A DNA stretch of 51,051 nt from an uncultured Phycisphaeraceae bacterium (GTDB lineage Bacteria; Planctomycetota; B15-G4; JADJEK01): contig CAZBOK010000001.1 in the NCBI GenBank assembly GCA_964493525.1, forward strand, positions 1-51,051. Reading direction: 5' to 3'. Position numbers and translations under genes: made by a program. The notes below the pieces were generated by a model. The model saw only the letters and a list, made by a program, of their open reading frames with translations. It searched no databases and was not told the DNA's origin. Below, piece after piece: positions 35,481 to 44,447 of this stretch; within the stretch, counting starts at the first letter, position 1; each line of letters begins with the position of its first letter.

Positions 35481-36914
35481 ATGCGCCCCACGAATCGGTC
35501 CCCGTTCCTCGCGCTCGCGCTGATCGCTCTCGGCTCCGGCGCCGCTCGCGCTTCCGACGCCACGGTGACCGTGAAGAACGGCTCGTTGCGGATCACCAGC
35601 ACGGCGGGCAGCCCGACCTTGATGATGAACTCGCTCGGTCTGAGCGACCCGCACTCGATCAAGATCCTTCCCGAGATCGGCGACACGGTGAACGGATCGG
35701 GCGCAGCGCAGACGTTCGACGGCGTGAAGAACGACGTCGTGATCGACGTCGTGAGCGGCGCGTTCTACATGTCCGACCTGTCGATCCCCCGCGACCTGCG
35801 CATGACCGTGTCGGGCGCCGTCGTCGGTTACATCTCGCTCACGCACGTCGACGTCGGCCGCGACGTGCGGTGCCGCGGCGGCGCGGGCACCGACACGATC
35901 ATCCTCGCGGACAGCGTGAGCGTCGGGCGCGACGTGCGCGTCGACCCGGGCGTCGGTGACGACCTCGTTTCGATCGTCTCGTCGACCATCGGTGGACGCG
36001 TGTCCGTCGCGGAGAGTCCCGGCTCCGACACCGTGAGCGTCTTGGACAGCCGCGTCGACGAATCGGTCCGGTTCGTCGATCGTGACGGGGTCGGCACGTT
36101 CTCGCTCATGCACGTCATCGTCGACTCGATCCTCGCGGTCGGCGGCGCCGGCAGCGAGCAGTTCTACCTCTCCAAGGTTCTCGTGCTCGACGACACGCGC
36201 GTCTCGCTCGGCGCCGGCGCGAACGGGCTCTCGGTCTCGGGCAGCACGTTCCTCGGGTCGGCGCGATTCAGCGGCGGCGCGGAGAACGACGACGTCGCGG
36301 TCCAGTCGGACAGTTCATTCGCGCGCGGCGCCTCGATCGCGCTCGGCGAGGGGACGAACAAGCTCAACTTCCTCGACTCCTCCGTGAGCGGCTCTCTCAA
36401 CGTGCGCTCCGGGTCGGGCCCCGACAAAGTGGGTTTCTTCGACAGCTCCGTCGAGGGTTCGTTCCGCATGCGCCTCGGTTCCGCTCCCGGCGGCCAAAAA
36501 AACGAGGTGGACATCTCGGACAATCTGTTCGGCGGGTCGCTCGTCTGCACCGGCGGGAGCGGCGTCGACGACATCGACGCGGGCACGGATTCCGTCGGCG
36601 GCGACTTCCGCATCGCGTTCGGCGGCGGGGCGAACTCGATCGGGGTCTTCATGAGCGACGCTCGCGAGGTCCGCGTCAGCACGGGCGCGGACGCCGACGC
36701 GATCAACATCGGCTCGGCCACGCGCACCGAGAAAGACCTCCGGATCTCGGCGGGCGACGGCGTGAACACGCTGACGGTGGGAAGCGTCATCGTCGGGAAC
36801 GATGTTCGGGTGACGGCAGGAAGCGGCAACGACGCGCTGACGATCAACCCGGCCGCGGTGATCGGCGGGAAGACGAAGGTCGACCTCGGCGGCGGGACGA
36901 ACACCGGGCCGTGA
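35481..36914 (+). CDS. Secreted beta-solenoid-like protein made of about 17 x 21-22-aa repeats
   Basis: RBS GGAGG. Signal 'MRPTNRSPFLALALIALGSGAARASDA'. Repeats such as 'SVGRDVRVDPGVGDDLVSIVSS','SVSGSLNVRSGSGPDKVGFFDS','VIVGNDVRVTAGSGNDALTINPA'. Confidence 0.7.
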   Translation: MRPTNRSPFLALALIALGSGAARASDATVTVKNGSLRITSTAGSPTLMMNSLGLSDPHSIKILPEIGDTVNGSGAAQTFDGVKNDVVIDVVSGAFYMSDLSIPRDLRMTVSGAVVGYISLTHVDVGRDVRCRGGAGTDTIILADSVSVGRDVRVDPGVGDDLVSIVSSTIGGRVSVAESPGSDTVSVLDSRVDESVRFVDRDGVGTFSLMHVIVDSILAVGGAGSEQFYLSKVLVLDDTRVSLGAGANGLSVSGSTFLGSARFSGGAENDDVAVQSDSSFARGASIALGEGTNKLNFLDSSVSGSLNVRSGSGPDKVGFFDSSVEGSFRMRLGSAPGGQKNEVDISDNLFGGSLVCTGGSGVDDIDAGTDSVGGDFRIAFGGGANSIGVFMSDAREVRVSTGADADAINIGSATRTEKDLRISAGDGVNTLTVGSVIVGNDVRVTAGSGNDALTINPAAVIGGKTKVDLGGGTNTGP

Positions 36915-36945
36915 ACGGCGCGGGGGACGGTCCAGCGGTCCAGGT

Positions 36946-37040
36946 CCGCGTCACTCGTGCCGCGTCACTGCGTCGAATCGGCCAATACTCGACGTTGGCG
37001 GGCACGAATGGCCAGTGACGCGAGTGACGCGGGGTTTTGG
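36946..37040. terminator. Compound inverted repeat between convergent genes; possible bidirectional terminator
   Basis: ccgcgtcactcgtgccgcgtcactg (36946-36970) pairs with ccagtgacgcgagtgacgcgg (37012-37032) as 12+8 bp with a 5-nt bulge. An inner hairpin is cgtcga(36971-76)/tcgacg(36989-94). Followed by ggggttttgg. Confidence 0.35.
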
Positions 37041-37051
37041 AACTCCTCACG

Positions 37052-38692
37052 TCACCGCTTCTCGGCGCCGACCGGCCGCAGGAGCTGCAGCGTTCGCGGT
37101 GCGCCGGCCGGCGCGAACGAGATCGTCTTCTCGCTGCCGTCGACACTCACCGTGATCTCCATCGGTCGATCGGCGAACCAGACGTTCGCGAAGCGGTTCG
37201 TGTTCTTCGTGCGGACGATCTTCATTCCATCGCGCAGGCCGGCCGCGTGCGCCGGCCCGCCCGCGCGCACGCCGGAGACGACTCCGCTCGCGCGGCTCTT
37301 CTCGAGCTCGAAGCCCGGGTCGAACTCCGGCGCGGTCACCGGCTCGAACGCGTAGCCGGGAAGCGGCGAGCCGGAGACGACCACCGGCCGGCCGCGCGTG
37401 ACGAACTCGTCGACGTCGTGCTGCGCATCGACGCCGTAGCGCGCGGCGATCTCGAAGAAGTCCGCCTCCGGCAGCACGCCCGCCGGCGCCGCCTCCTCGA
37501 AGCACTCCTTCACGAAGTCGAGCAGGCTCTTCTCCGGAGTCTTCGCCTGGATCGCGGCATTCCAGTTCAGCGCCATCAGCGCGCCCTTGCTGTACGAGAG
37601 CTTTCGAAACGTCTGGCCGAACGTGTTCGCCCGCGACGCCGCGAGCGCGTCGTCGGACGTCGCCGCGCGGTAGGGGTTGTCGGCCAGCGTGACGATGTCG
37701 TTGTTGACGAGGTCGACGAACTCCTGCTCCGTGATCAGCTTCGCGCGCAGCAGCAGCAGCCGTGCGAGCAGGTCGGTGAACCCTTCCGCGTACCACATGT
37801 ATCGGTACTCGGAGTCGACGCCGCGCGGCGCGCGCACGTCGATCTTCCCCGGCAGCCACGTGTGGAACATTTCGTGAGCCAGAAGCTTCGCGAGCTCGAG
37901 ATGCGTGGCGTCTGTCTTCGCGAAGCCGATGAAGCAACGCGGCACCTGCGTGCCGCACACGTTGTCCTCGCGAGGGGTGATCGCGACCACGTAGAAGGGA
38001 TCGGAGTCGTCGTCGAACACCGCGCGCTGCTGGCGCACGATCGTCTCCGCCAACTCGAAGATGCGCTGCCGGCCGATCTGGAACTGGCCCTGCACCGAGA
38101 CGAGGACGGGACTGCCGTCGATCTCGAACCGGTGGAGCGGCGCCGCCCCGCCGCCGAACGTGGCGGTCCCGAGCGCGTCGTAGCTGGCGTCGAGTTCGAT
38201 GTGCCGCGGATCGAGCGCGAGCGACGAGTAGAGGCTCCAACCCGCGGGCGCGTCGGCGAAGTCGATGACGTAGTGATCGATCTGCGCTGAGTTGCCGACC
38301 CGGAGCAGCCATTGGCAGCCAGCGACGTGGAAGTAATCGGGCGCGATGTTCGGGCCGAACGAGACGTGGCCGAAGAGGGCGGGGTCGTAGGCGAGCGTGT
38401 AGTCGAGCGAGATCTTGCCGTCGGGTCCGGGAGTCACGACGCGTTCGGCTGGAGCGCTGCCTGGGCGCACTGTCGTGCCGTTCCGTCCTTCGAACTGAGT
38501 GAGGTGCTGCTCGAGCGGCAAGCCGCTGTAGAAGTCGACGGGGAGGAAGGCTGTGAGCGAGTCCGGGGTTGGGCGCGTGAAGTCGAGCGAGACGTGGAGC
38601 TCGGTGCGGTCGGTGGTCGGCACGGGGCGGAGCGTGTAGTGGAGGGCGTCGGGTGCGAGCGCGAGCGTGAGTGCCAGGCCGAGGACGAACAT
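37052..38692 (-). CDS. M61-like (glycyl aminopeptidase family) zinc metalloprotease with C-terminal PDZ-like domain
   Basis: HExxH 'LLAHEMFHTWLPG', downstream 'YMWYAEGFTDLLA'. PDZ-like 'GVVSGVRAGGPAHAAGLRDGMKIV'. Confidence 0.75.
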   Translation of the reverse strand: MFVLGLALTLALAPDALHYTLRPVPTTDRTELHVSLDFTRPTPDSLTAFLPVDFYSGLPLEQHLTQFEGRNGTTVRPGSAPAERVVTPGPDGKISLDYTLAYDPALFGHVSFGPNIAPDYFHVAGCQWLLRVGNSAQIDHYVIDFADAPAGWSLYSSLALDPRHIELDASYDALGTATFGGGAAPLHRFEIDGSPVLVSVQGQFQIGRQRIFELAETIVRQQRAVFDDDSDPFYVVAITPREDNVCGTQVPRCFIGFAKTDATHLELAKLLAHEMFHTWLPGKIDVRAPRGVDSEYRYMWYAEGFTDLLARLLLLRAKLITEQEFVDLVNNDIVTLADNPYRAATSDDALAASRANTFGQTFRKLSYSKGALMALNWNAAIQAKTPEKSLLDFVKECFEEAAPAGVLPEADFFEIAARYGVDAQHDVDEFVTRGRPVVVSGSPLPGYAFEPVTAPEFDPGFELEKSRASGVVSGVRAGGPAHAAGLRDGMKIVRTKNTNRFANVWFADRPMEITVSVDGSEKTISFAPAGAPRTLQLLRPVGAEKR

Positions 38693-38879
38693 CGCGGGGT
38701 CTCCTTCGCCGTGCGAAGGCGCGATGTACGCGGCGCGAGGCGAGTTGTTCGGCGGCTCGTGCCGAAGTGCGTGCGGACGTGAGCTTCCGCGTCGCTCACT
38801 TCACGAAGTCACGAGGTCCCGCCGTCCCGCCGCGGTCGAGTGCGCCGGATGCTCGGCCGCGCGACCGCGACCGCTCCTC

Positions 38880-41800
38880 TCATTGGCAGATGCGCAGCGC
38901 GAGCCCCGGGCTCGCCGAGTACCCCTGCGGCGCGGCCGGGTCGAAGACGATCAACTGAAGGTCCGCCTCCAGTCCGATCCACGCGGAGACGTTCGGGATC
39001 CCGAACGCGACGGTGACGGTGCCCGCTGCCGATGTCGGCAGCGCGAACGTCGTGAGCACCGGCGACGGATCGACGAGCAGCGTGAAACCGTGGACCTGGA
39101 TCGCGGCTCGTGACAGGCCGAGCAGCAGGTACCCGATCGAGTTCGGGTTCACGTGATCGAACGTGATCGTCTCCGTGGTGCCGAGCATCGGTGAACCGGA
39201 CCACGAGATCCCCGGGCGGCCGAGCACGCCCGCAGTCCCCGGCCCATAGAGCGCCGGCGGCGCGCAGTCGATCGCGGTGGAGTGGATGCGGAAGTCTGCC
39301 TCGAGGTCGCCGTTCCACGGGTTGCGCAGCCACGGCCCGAACGGCTGGAACGGCACCGTGACCGGCCGCGGTCGCACGCGTGCGCGCCAGTGATACTGAC
39401 CGGGGGCGAGACCGGTCGCTGTGGCCACGAGGACCGGCACCGCCGTCGTGTCCTTCCACGCGCTGATGCCCGACTGCACCGGCGTGGACGAGCCGAGTGG
39501 CGCGACTTCCCATTCGATCGCGGAGAACGTGCGGCCAGTCGGCGGCAATGACTCGACCTCGATCCGCAATCCGTCCGAATGCGTGCGCGACAGGTGAGCC
39601 ACGGCCGCGCTGTCATCGAGGCGATCCTGACGCGGCATCCGCCACTTGCCCGGCCGTCCATTCCCGAAGTATGCGTACACGTCGCCGCGCGCGTGACCGA
39701 GCGACGTCTCGGTGAGCGGCGCGCCGACCAGGATGTCGGCGGCACCGTCGCCGTTCACGTCGCCGGCACCGCTGAGCGCGCTTGCGTAGCGCGCTCCGGG
39801 GCCGCCGATCGAGGCGAATGCGGCCGTCGGATCGACGCCCGTCGGGCTCCCCAGGTGCTCCACCACGCGCCCCGCGTCGGCGGCGCCCGCATGGTCCCAC
39901 GCAGGCGCGCCGACCAGCAAGTCGGCGAAGCCGTCGCAGTTCACGTCGCCGGCCGTCGCCAACGCCGCCCCGAACGCACAGCCGGTCTGGGCGCCGTCGA
40001 GCACGACCGCGGGAGTCGTCGCTGGAGCACTGATCGCGCCGTGATACACGCTGACTTGCCCGCAATCGATCGCTGATTGGTCAGACTCCGGCGCGCCGAC
40101 CGCGACGTCGGCGAAGCCGTCGCCGTTCACGTCGCCAGCACCACACACCGCTGTGCCGCAGTGCGCGTCGGGCTGGCCGCCCACGACGGACCAGCACGGC
40201 ACCACCTCGGCGCCGAGCGAGTGTCCGCGATAAATCGTCGCGCGGCCCTCGTCGCTTGCGGCGCCGTCGAAGTTGGGCGCGCCGACGATGATGTCGGTGA
40301 ACCCGTCCCGATCGACGTCACCCGCGGTGTCGAGCGCTGCACCGAAGTTCGCGAGCGCTTGCTCGCCATCGATGACCCACAGCGGCGCCGTCGCGAGCCC
40401 GGAGACGCCACCGGGGAACAGGAATGCGCGCCCTTCCCCGACCTCGCCCGCGCGGAACGCCGGCGCGCCGACCAGCACGTCGGCGAAACCATCGCCGTTC
40501 ACGTCGCCGGCTCCGGCGACCGCGGCACCGAAGTGCGCACCGGCTTGCTGACCCTCCGCGAACCAACTCGCCGTGGGGTGAAGGAGGAGATTCGGATCGC
40601 CTCCCCGGAACAGGTAGGCGCGGCCCTCGGTCGGCTGTTCGCCGCTGAAAAACGGCGCGCCGATCACGGCGTCGCAGAATCCGTCCGCGTCGACGTCGCC
40701 GGCGTTCGCGACCGCGGAGCCAAACTCGTCGCCGGCCTCCTCGCCGTCGACGATCCAGGCCGGCCAGTCGTCCGGACCGTGCTCCGCGCCGGAGTAGACC
40801 AGCGCGCGGCCGCGATCGGTCTTCCCACCCGCGTCGAAACCCGGGCAGCCGATCAGCAGTTCGGAGCGTCCATTGCCGTCGAGGTCGCCGAGATTCGCCA
40901 CCGACGCGCCGACGTTCTCGCCGTCCTGCGTCAGGGGGAAGCTCTGCGATTGCACAGCCCACACTTTGAACTCGCTGGTCGGGTTCGGGCCACCGTAATA
41001 GGCGACCACGCGACCCTCTCCGGCCTCGCCGTTCGTGTAGCCGAATGCACCGACCAAGACGTCGGAGAAGCCGTCGCCGTTCACATCGCCGGCGCCCGCG
41101 ACCGAGTACCCGTGGTGCTCGTCCATCGCGCTGCCCTGCGTCTGCCACGAGGGCGCAGCGGGCCAAGGCCAGTCGCCGGGATAGAGCAACGCGCCGCCCT
41201 CGTCGTTTGAACCCAGATTGGGTGCGCCGATGATGAAATCGGCAAAGCCATCGCCATTGACATCGCCAGCTGCGGACATTGCTGCGGAATAGCGATCATC
41301 GACATTTGCGCCGATGGCCGACCAGATCGGAGCCGACGCGAGTGTCTCGAGGCGAGCGGAGCCCACGGACCCCTCGATCGGGATCCGGCCCATCAGGAGA
41401 TCCGGCCAACCGTCCCCGTTTGTGTCCCCGGCGGGAGCGATCGTGTAGCCGAAGACCCGCCTCTCCATTTGTTGATAGACCGTGCTTGGATAAAAGCCGA
41501 AGAAAGCGAACTTTCCAGGACCGGCACTGCTGCCAGCGAACAATTGAACAAAGCCCGCATCCATCGCCAAGGCGACATCGCCGTTCCCACCACCCGTGTA
41601 GAGGTCGGTGAGGGGCGAACTCACCATCACGTCGGAATATCCGTCGAGATTGGCATCCGCTGCGCTTGCGACCGAGAAGCCGAATTGTTCCCCGGCCTGA
41701 GATCCCGCAACGGTCCACACGGGCGCCGCAGCGGGCCCGCCGGGCGCGCCGAGGTAGACGTATGCGGCGCCGACGTCGAGCGCTTCGACGTCGGCCTCGT

Positions 41801-42965
41801 GTGGGTTGCCGGACGAAACCACGGCGACGTGATCGAACAGCGGCGCACCGATGATGATGTCGGAGCGGCCGTCGTCGTTCGTGTCACCGGCGGTCGCGAC
41901 GCAGGTTCCGAAGTGCGCACCGACTTGGTTGTTCTCGCCCGTCCAGACGGGCACGCTCGACATCGAGCCGCTGCCGAGGAACACGTACGCGCGACCTTCG
42001 TCGAGCTCGCCGTTGTCGGCGAACGGCGCGCCGACGATCACGTCGGAGAGGCCATCGCCGTCGACGTCACCGGCAGTGGAGACGGAGAAGCCGAAGCGCG
42101 CGCCGACCTGGTCGCTCTCCGCAATCCAGCTCGGCGCCGGCAGCAGACCGGTGGGGCTGCCGCGGAACACGTAGGCGCGACCTTCCCAGGACTCACCGTT
42201 GCTGAAATAGGGTGCGCCGACGATCACGTCGGAGAAGCCGTCGGCATCGACGTCGCCTGCGCCCGCGCTCGCCGCCCCGAAATGCGCGCCGATCTGGTCG
42301 CCTTCCGCCGACCACGCCGGCTTCGTTGCGAGCGGATCGACGAAGATCGGGTACCGCGCCGCGCGATCATCAACCTGGATCGTCAGCAGGCCCGCGCCGA
42401 GCACGAAGCGCACCGGAAGCGCGCGCCGGTCGGCGTCCCACGCGAGCAGGTGGTCGAACTGGATCGCGCAGTTACCGACCGCATCGCGGAACTCGACGGA
42501 CTCGCCACCCGCGCTCTCGACCGGCACGAGCGATCCGCCGACGTGCATGCGGAGATCGACGCCCGAGTCGTTCGACCGCGCCGGCCGCTCCTCGAGGACG
42601 AAGCCCTGCTCGAGGCCGCGCGCCGCGTTCTCGTACCACTCGACGACGCCGTCGCGCACGATCTCGAGGCGCGAACCGTTCGCCAAGACACGCACGTCCT
42701 TCGCCGGCTCGCCGTCGAGCGACAACGCAAGCGACCACGGCGCGACCGTGCGCGCACACGACTCGATGCGCACTCCGTCCGCGGAGAAGCGCGCGATGAA
42801 CGCGTGGGCGCCGTTTGCTGCGAAGAAGCCGGTGCCGCGTGCGTCGCGCTCGATCGCGTAGGCGGTGTCACGGCGCGCCGATTCTTGCGGCCAGGCCACG
42901 GGCGGCGTGACCAGAGCACTGGCGGCTGCAACGATGAACGAGGCACTCAGAATCTGCGGCGACAT
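38880..42965 (-). CDS. Secreted 1361-aa protein: N-terminal module + 14 FG-GAP repeats + shared C-terminal module
   Basis: RBS GGGGGAGG. Signal 'MSPQILSASFIVAAASALVTPPVAWPQ'. 14 copies of 'FG.....AGDVNGDGF.DV.VGAP'. Confidence 0.85.
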   Translation of the reverse strand: MSPQILSASFIVAAASALVTPPVAWPQESARRDTAYAIERDARGTGFFAANGAHAFIARFSADGVRIESCARTVAPWSLALSLDGEPAKDVRVLANGSRLEIVRDGVVEWYENAARGLEQGFVLEERPARSNDSGVDLRMHVGGSLVPVESAGGESVEFRDAVGNCAIQFDHLLAWDADRRALPVRFVLGAGLLTIQVDDRAARYPIFVDPLATKPAWSAEGDQIGAHFGAASAGAGDVDADGFSDVIVGAPYFSNGESWEGRAYVFRGSPTGLLPAPSWIAESDQVGARFGFSVSTAGDVDGDGLSDVIVGAPFADNGELDEGRAYVFLGSGSMSSVPVWTGENNQVGAHFGTCVATAGDTNDDGRSDIIIGAPLFDHVAVVSSGNPHEADVEALDVGAAYVYLGAPGGPAAAPVWTVAGSQAGEQFGFSVASAADANLDGYSDVMVSSPLTDLYTGGGNGDVALAMDAGFVQLFAGSSAGPGKFAFFGFYPSTVYQQMERRVFGYTIAPAGDTNGDGWPDLLMGRIPIEGSVGSARLETLASAPIWSAIGANVDDRYSAAMSAAGDVNGDGFADFIIGAPNLGSNDEGGALLYPGDWPWPAAPSWQTQGSAMDEHHGYSVAGAGDVNGDGFSDVLVGAFGYTNGEAGEGRVVAYYGGPNPTSEFKVWAVQSQSFPLTQDGENVGASVANLGDLDGNGRSELLIGCPGFDAGGKTDRGRALVYSGAEHGPDDWPAWIVDGEEAGDEFGSAVANAGDVDADGFCDAVIGAPFFSGEQPTEGRAYLFRGGDPNLLLHPTASWFAEGQQAGAHFGAAVAGAGDVNGDGFADVLVGAPAFRAGEVGEGRAFLFPGGVSGLATAPLWVIDGEQALANFGAALDTAGDVDRDGFTDIIVGAPNFDGAASDEGRATIYRGHSLGAEVVPCWSVVGGQPDAHCGTAVCGAGDVNGDGFADVAVGAPESDQSAIDCGQVSVYHGAISAPATTPAVVLDGAQTGCAFGAALATAGDVNCDGFADLLVGAPAWDHAGAADAGRVVEHLGSPTGVDPTAAFASIGGPGARYASALSGAGDVNGDGAADILVGAPLTETSLGHARGDVYAYFGNGRPGKWRMPRQDRLDDSAAVAHLSRTHSDGLRIEVESLPPTGRTFSAIEWEVAPLGSSTPVQSGISAWKDTTAVPVLVATATGLAPGQYHWRARVRPRPVTVPFQPFGPWLRNPWNGDLEADFRIHSTAIDCAPPALYGPGTAGVLGRPGISWSGSPMLGTTETITFDHVNPNSIGYLLLGLSRAAIQVHGFTLLVDPSPVLTTFALPTSAAGTVTVAFGIPNVSAWIGLEADLQLIVFDPAAPQGYSASPGLALRICQ
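39657..42317 (-). repeat. 14 tandem FG-GAP coding repeats (two predicted 7-blade propellers)
   Basis: The GD[VT][ND].DG motif counted 14 times in the translation. Confidence 0.75.
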
Positions 42966-43181
42966 GGAACGCCTCCCCCGAATCGATGGACCGAGCACAG
43001 GCTCCGAGAGTAGCAGCGCCGACGGATTGCGCAGGGGATGGCGGACGCGAGGGTGGTGATTCGATTGACGCGCGGCTCCGATCCCGGGTGCACGCATCGG
43101 GCGGCTGCTCGAGGGGAGGCGCCCTCCTCGACCGTGATCTCGTCCGGCGGCGGTCGTGCGAACGCGCGCACGGCGTCGAGG

Positions 43182-44216
43182 TCACTGCGCGAAAAAGGGG
43201 TTGTCGGCCAGCGGGCCGATGTCGTTGTTGATCCGCTCGACGAACTCCGGCTCGGTGATGAGCCGCGCGCGCAGGAACCGAAGGCGCGCGAGGAAGTCGG
43301 TGAACCCTTCCGCGGATCACCTGGACCGGGACTCAGAGTCGACGCCCCGCGGCGCCCGCACGTCGATCTTCCCCGGCAGACCCATGTGGAACATCTCGTG
43401 AGCGAGGAGCTTCGCCAGCTCGAGATGCGTGGCGTCCGTCTTCGCGAAGCCGATGAAGCAGCGCGGCACCTGCGTGCCGCACACGTTGTCCTCGCGAGGG
43501 CTGATCGCGACGATGGAGAATGCGTCGGAGTCGTCGTCGAACACGGCCCGCTGCTGGCGCACGATCGTTTCCGCCAACTCGAAGATGCGCGGCCGGCCGA
43601 TCTGGAACTGGCCCTGCACCGAGACGAGAACGGGTTTGCCGTCGATGTCGAACGTGTGGAGCGGCGCCGCCCCGCCGCCGAACGTGGCCGTCACGAGCCC
43701 GTCGTAGGAGGCGTCGACCTCGATGTGCCGCGGATCGAGCGCGAGCGACGAGTAGAGGCTCCAGCCGGAGGGAGCGTCCGCGAAGTCGATGGCGTAGTGA
43801 TCGATCTGCGCTGACGCGCCGACGCGCAGCAGCCATTGGCAGCCCGCCACGTGGAAGGAATCGGGCGCGACGTTCGGGCCGAACGAGACGTGACCGAACA
43901 GGCCGGGGTCGTACGCGAGCGTGTAGTCGAGGGAGATCTTGCCGTCGGGTGCGGGCGTGACGAGGCGCTCAGTGGGGGAGGCACCCTCGCGAACTGTGGT
44001 GCCGTTCAGACCTTCGAAGGTAGTGATGTGTTGCTCGAGGGGCAGGCCGCTGTAGAAGTCGACAGGGAGGGAGACGGTGAAGGCGTCTTGCGTGGGGCGT
44101 GTGAAGTCAAGCGCGACGTGGAGTTCGATGCGGTCGGCGATTGGGGTGGGGCGAAGCGTTTAGTGGAGCGAGGCCAGCGAGAGCGTCATCACGAGCGCGA
44201 AAACGGGAGTGCGCAT
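43182..44216 (-). pseudogene. Decayed, 3'-truncated paralogue of the M61 peptidase gene
   Basis: Colinear with 37660-38692 (94/100 nt identical for 37861-37960 versus 43386-43485). In-frame TAA at codon 19 (44160-44162; Tyr in the intact copy). In-frame TGA at 43317-43319 just after the HEMFH motif. Homology ends at about 43195, so the C-terminal third including the PDZ-like domain is absent. Confidence 0.8.
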
Positions 44217-44447
44217 CGAGGTCTCTTTCGCGAGCGGCATACGGAATACAGATCAACTTTTCCCGGTCACTACAGATGTTGGAACGCGACAACGGGGCGC
44301 AACGCATGGAGAAGAAAGTTCCCGATTCTCAATGCGTGTGGTGCCAAGCGGCAGCGTGATCGAATCGCACGAAGCAATTCGCTTCCGAATTCCTCAGCGC
44401 ACAGTTTAGAATGAAACAGACGCGACTAGACTGCCGGTGAGACACAC

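Noticed and set aside
43317-43850. 177-aa ORF that could be annotated as a short stand-alone M61-like gene.
   Set aside because: It is the middle of the decayed paralogue. The same frame continues upstream to ATG 44216 through a TAA and downstream through a TGA. It lacks the N-terminal and C-terminal parts of the intact copy.
44395-44447. Possible sigma-70 promoter for the MTase gene (TAGAAT at 44407-44412, 35 nt before the ATG).
   Set aside because: The corresponding -35 region (tccgaa) is poor, and the promoter rules of this organism are unknown. Too weak to list as a feature.
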